Shown piece after piece: positions 60,011 to 64,000 of a stretch of 64,000 nt of DNA; the stretch's first letter is position 1, and each line of letters opens with the position of its first letter. Below the pieces are notes generated by a model. It had not been told where the DNA came from. It worked only from the letters and a program-made list of their open reading frames with translations, and did no database searches. Location of the stretch: positions 277,521-341,520 of the forward strand of contig JAHDYR010000014.1 of assembly GCA_019828565.1 (NCBI GenBank). Reading direction: 5' to 3'. Position numbers and translations under genes: made by a program. This stretch comes from Carpediemonas membranifera BICM (Eukaryota; Protista; Fornicata).

Positions 60011-62038
60011 CTAATAGTTCTTACGATTGAAGCAAGTCCGTCCTTCCTTCTTCGGTGTGATGCACCCCTTCGGCTTCTTGGGATGTTCGTCGTCGTCCTC
60101 GCTGTCCGAGTAGATGATGAACTTGGTAGAGCGAGGGCGGCCGAGCTTGCGGGCAGGTGCGGGGGCTGACTCTCTCAGGGGAGATGGTGCGGCCCTAGTC
60201 GAGCGCTTGGGGAGGATACGGCGCGGTGGTGTAGTCCGCAAACGCTTTGGGGGCACGTATCCTTGCGAGGACGGCGAGGCAGAGGGCGAGCTGATCGATA
60301 TGCTCTCGATGTCGTGCACAATAGGAGACGCGGGCTGAGGGGCGGGCACTGGCTTGGCCTGGGGTGGACGTCTCATGGCTATGCGTTGGTGGGGTGCAGG
60401 GGGGCGCTGCGGCGGCTCGTCATCGTCAGAGATCTCGATTGGATTCAGGGCGCTTTCTCTCGTTGCAGCCGAGTAGTCCACGTACTCGAGCTGGCGTTCG
60501 ATCCCGTCTTCGGGGAAGACACACATAAAGTGAATGCCGTCGTTGTAGCGGATGCCGGTCGCGAGAATGGCCTTGTCTGGGTTGATGACGTCTTGGCACT
60601 TGGGCACGCGGCGGTCGGGGTCATCGTCTGCAGGCCTGATGGTGTACTCAATCGTGTTCTGATTCTTGTACAGAATCAGCGAGTCGTTCTTGATGCCGCA
60701 CTCGTGACAGTAGAAAGCCCACACGGTGGGAATATTCAAGAACGTTCCCTCGAGCGTGATCGTGTGAGCTCTCTCGGGGGCAAAGCCGAGGAATATGAGG
60801 GAGTGGGGGTCTCTGTAGTCACAGCAGTACTGCCTGAACCGCTGCCGGAAGACCTTGACGCGTCCATCCACGTCGTCGCCGGTGCCAAGCGACATGAAGA
60901 AGTCGTAGAACGCCTTGGTGCGCATGGCGAGGGCAAAGATGGCGCAGTCGCCACCGCCGTCGTTGTCGTAGAGCCGAGCGTTGCTGTAGTCCCGGGTCGT
61001 GATCTTTCTGGGGTTGAGCAGCGGGCACTTGCTGGCCATCTCGTCCTCTGGCTGCGTTGGAGGCTCGACTACCGGAATGGTGGGCGTGGGCGGCTCTGTT
61101 CTCTCGCGGGACTTGCGGCGGTGTTGGACAGTGAGCGCGTATGTCGCGTCTCCCTTGCTGTAGTCAGGTGTAGGCGGGGACTCGGGAGAGCCCATGTCGA
61201 AGACGATGGTGGGCTTGTTCTTGCGTTTGTGCTTCCGCTTGTCCTTGCGCTTGGTCGTGGTCTTGGGCTGGGCAGGCTTGTGGGCGGCTGGAGGATGCTC
61301 TTGGGCGCGGCGTGCTTCTTCGATGCGGGAGAGAATAGTCTGGATTGCCTCGTTGGCGTCCTCGGCCTCTGCTGTGTCGAGGAGTTCTTTCGCCGCGTCG
61401 GTGTCGTTGCTGATGATCGATATGACTGTGCCAGGGTCTTTGCTTGACGCCTCCTGCACCCATTGGTCAATGGCAGTGGTCTCCTCCGCGCTGATGATGC
61501 CTGCTGCGGCGAGCTCGTGCACCTCGTTCTGTTTCTCGATGCGGTAGAAGTTGTCGCGACGGAAGCGCTGTACGAGGCTCCGCTGGACGCGGGTGAGATT
61601 CAGCTCGTGTAGTGAGCGGTACGTGGCGTTGAGATGCTCGAACCCAATGGCAGCGACGTTGTCTTCGCACTCATAGTCGGTCAGCGCCTCGAGTTCGACG
61701 TCTGATTCGAGCTCTGCGTCGCTGAAGGCCGTGTCTATGTGTCTCACTCTGGGCTTGCTCTTCGCGCCGGGCTTGCGGGGGTTACGCTTGGTCTGCTTGC
61801 GCTTAGTCTTCTTCAGCTTCGGAGCAACGGGGATGAGGCGCTTGCGGGGCAGGGCTGGGCCGCGGGTGGTGCTGCGCTTGGCGTACATGGTCGCTGCGTT
61901 GGCGAACCTGATCCAGTCTTTGACCTTGAGCATCTTGCGGACGACCTCGTTGGTGTTGTCGTCGACGCTGACGCCTGAGTTGTCGATGAAGGCCTCTCGA
62001 GTGGTGTGCCTGACGATCATGTCGGTCAGGGGAAGCAT
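60011..62038 (-). CDS. OTU-like cysteine protease domain protein with basic and acidic low-complexity regions, probably 5'-truncated
   Basis: DNDGGGDCAIFALA (Cys loop), FRQRFRQY, and YNDGIHFMCV (His loop). The frame stays open up to the TAAGG junction. Its 3' about 125 codons recur in every unit. Confidence 0.65.
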   Translation of the reverse strand: MLPLTDMIVRHTTREAFIDNSGVSVDDNTNEVVRKMLKVKDWIRFANAATMYAKRSTTRGPALPRKRLIPVAPKLKKTKRKQTKRNPRKPGAKSKPRVRHIDTAFSDAELESDVELEALTDYECEDNVAAIGFEHLNATYRSLHELNLTRVQRSLVQRFRRDNFYRIEKQNEVHELAAAGIISAEETTAIDQWVQEASSKDPGTVISIISNDTDAAKELLDTAEAEDANEAIQTILSRIEEARRAQEHPPAAHKPAQPKTTTKRKDKRKHKRKNKPTIVFDMGSPESPPTPDYSKGDATYALTVQHRRKSRERTEPPTPTIPVVEPPTQPEDEMASKCPLLNPRKITTRDYSNARLYDNDGGGDCAIFALAMRTKAFYDFFMSLGTGDDVDGRVKVFRQRFRQYCCDYRDPHSLIFLGFAPERAHTITLEGTFLNIPTVWAFYCHECGIKNDSLILYKNQNTIEYTIRPADDDPDRRVPKCQDVINPDKAILATGIRYNDGIHFMCVFPEDGIERQLEYVDYSAATRESALNPIEISDDDEPPQRPPAPHQRIAMRRPPQAKPVPAPQPASPIVHDIESISISSPSASPSSQGYVPPKRLRTTPPRRILPKRSTRAAPSPLRESAPAPARKLGRPRSTKFIIYSDSEDDDEHPKKPKGCITPKKEGRTCFNRKNY

Positions 62039-63786
62039 CTTCCTGTGCAGGAAGGTAAGGTAAGGTAAGTTATGGTAAGGTATTGCGGATTTTGGGGGGT
62101 CCCGGTACGGGACCCCTGGGCCCCTGCCAGGGAAGGCGACACATGCAGCGTGTAGCCTACCCCAGGGGTCCTTCGAACATGCATTGAAATCTGGGACAAC
62201 GCAAATATTTTATACTAAATTTTCCCGCTCAAAAACGGGACCTCAAAATTGGACTTTGAGGTCAGAGCACATGCTTACAGACGGCGTTCAGGGCTGCGGA
62301 TTGCTTCTCTGGATAGCTGTGCGTGTCAGCTCGGAGGCGCCGCCCTAAGCTCTATTCAACTCCGTCGTCTTTACATTGAATTATGCATAAATAGTTATAG
62401 GACAAAAGTCGCGATCGCTAACTTCTTGTGCAGTACAGCACGAGGCCTGAGGCTTCCGGGCTGCTGGATTTGGAATTTTTGAAAGTCTCTCGCAGTGTGA
62501 TTGAGTCACGATATCCATCCGAATCTGGCGAACCGCGTTCAAAGACCGGTTTTACTGGCCTCAAGGATTGATGCTGGAGCTAAACAGAGTATACTGCTGT
62601 ATCATGTTGCGTACGTGTAGGAACGTTATTTTCCCCGATTTTTGATTTAGGCCCTCAACAAATTTTTATAGAGCCTTTTTGTGTCCATGGTGAGTGAATA
62701 CGTCTAGAGTGACGCGTATGGAATGGAAGAGAACACGGGTGCGCACTACAATACATAATTACATGCTCTGAGGAGGATGGGGGTATTTATTTTTTCATAT
62801 GTAAATCACAGCCCGAGATTCAAAAATTTGTGGGGTGATCTGACGTAGTTACAGGCCATGGGCGGAGTCCGCGGGGGGTCGCAGGGGGGCAGAGAGAGTG
62901 ACGGAGGCGTAGAGAGGCGTAGCGTAGCGGAGGGCGGGAGGAGCGTAGCGACGAGCGCCCGAGCGGAGCGAAGCCGAACGAAGCCGGAGGAATGACGGAG
63001 CCCCCGTCTTCAATTCCGGGGGGTGCAGGGGGGCAGAGGGAGGCGCAGCCGACCGTAGCCCTGCCTACCCATTCTACGTTCGTTAATCATTTACATGTGG
63101 CCACTGCCACTTCGATACTAATAGTTCTTACGATTGAAGCAAGTCCGTCCTTCCTTCTTCGGTGTGATGCACCCCTTCGGCTTCTTGGGATGTTCGTCGT
63201 CGTCCTCGCTGTCCGAGTAGATGATGAACTTGGTAGAGCGAGGGCGGCCGAGCTTGCGGGCAGGTGCGGGGGCTGACTCTCTCAGGGGAGATGGTGCGGC
63301 CCTAGTCGAGCGCTTGGGGAGGATACGGCGCGGTGGTGTAGTCCGCAAACGCTTTGGGGGCACGTATCCTTGCGAGGACGGCGAGGCAGAGGGCGAGCTG
63401 ATCGATATGCTCTCGATGTCGTGCACAATAGGAGACGCGGGCTGAGGGGCGGGCACTGGCTTGGCCTGGGGTGGACATCTCATGGCTATGCGTTGGTGGG
63501 GTGCAGGGGGCGCTGCGGCTGCTGTACCGTCCCAGGTCATGCACAAGGCACTCCAGCGCGCCAAGGTGCTGTCCAAGAACCCGGACCGCTATTGGGCGGT
63601 CGTGGATGCGCTGTTTGCGCTCGGCGCCAGTGGCTCAGTCCTGAACGGCTTAGCGTTCGTCATGTCCAAACAACTTGAATAAATCTGACTGCCATGTGTT
63701 CTTTAGGGCTAGTCAAGCTAATCTGGGCAGTTGCAAGGCATGACGACCAATATTGACTGAGATATGGCCGAGGTCCAAAAAGGATG

Positions 63787-63855
63787 TGCCAGGAGGGATT
63801 CGAACCTACCACCTCTTGTATTCACCAACATCTGCTATACCATCTACACCATGGC
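63787..63855 (-). tRNA. Second copy of the degenerate tRNA-like gene
   Basis: Same sequence as 54925-54993. Confidence 0.45.
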
Positions 63856-64000
63856 TCAAACCTGACGCGTTACAACAGACTTGACTTCCAGATATGTGAC
63901 AATTGACGCATCATGATCTGGCCAGGCGGAGATGGGGCGGAGATGGAGCATAGGGGACTTCACCAGCGTGTTCAGCGCCCCGAACTACCCCCGGGCAGTC

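Larger units (their letters stand above)
53186..64000. repeat. Head-to-tail array of five near-identical units with one fixed end and variable truncation
   Basis: Units start at about 53186, 55763, 57506, 58955 and 62052 with taagttatggtaaggtattgcgg. Lengths are about 2577, 1743, 1449, 3097 and >1949 bp. Confidence 0.95.

Noticed and set aside
53186-64000. CRISPR array or rDNA repeat
   Set aside because: Units are kilobase-scale with no short repeat/unique spacer pattern and no recognisable rRNA motifs.

Overview
This is a compact, GC-rich eukaryotic (protist) genome segment. It has very short spliceosomal introns of 29-31 nt, which suggests a metamonad/fornicate-like organism (inference). 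1-15.7 kb is a dense housekeeping block: Nfu1, a Cys-rich Siva-like protein, a free-standing intein-like Hint gene, V-ATPase subunit d, Snf7, a TTLL polyglutamylase, a possible porin, DNA polymerase theta and RNase T2. 15.9-28.3 kb holds a Fanzor (eukaryotic TnpB-like RNA-guided nuclease) gene split into three pieces by two young Ty3/gypsy chromovirus insertions. Removing both elements at their target-site duplications rebuilds one in-frame ORF of about 546 codons with a single internal stop. Both retroelements have tiny identical LTRs (87 and 84 bp) and a palindrome where a tRNA primer-binding site is expected. One also carries an antisense, intron-containing chromodomain gene. 28.8-47.2 kb contains CCT-beta, a giant CH/spectrin/EF-hand protein, gamma-tubulin and a decayed topoisomerase II. 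50.4-64 kb is a head-to-tail array. Every unit starts at a (TAAGG)n-led end and is truncated at a variable point on the other side. The units carry a Helitron-like Rep N-terminus, an OTU-like protease, GNA mini-hairpin clusters and a captured tRNA-like segment. This array is a candidate telomere-associated mobile-element system.
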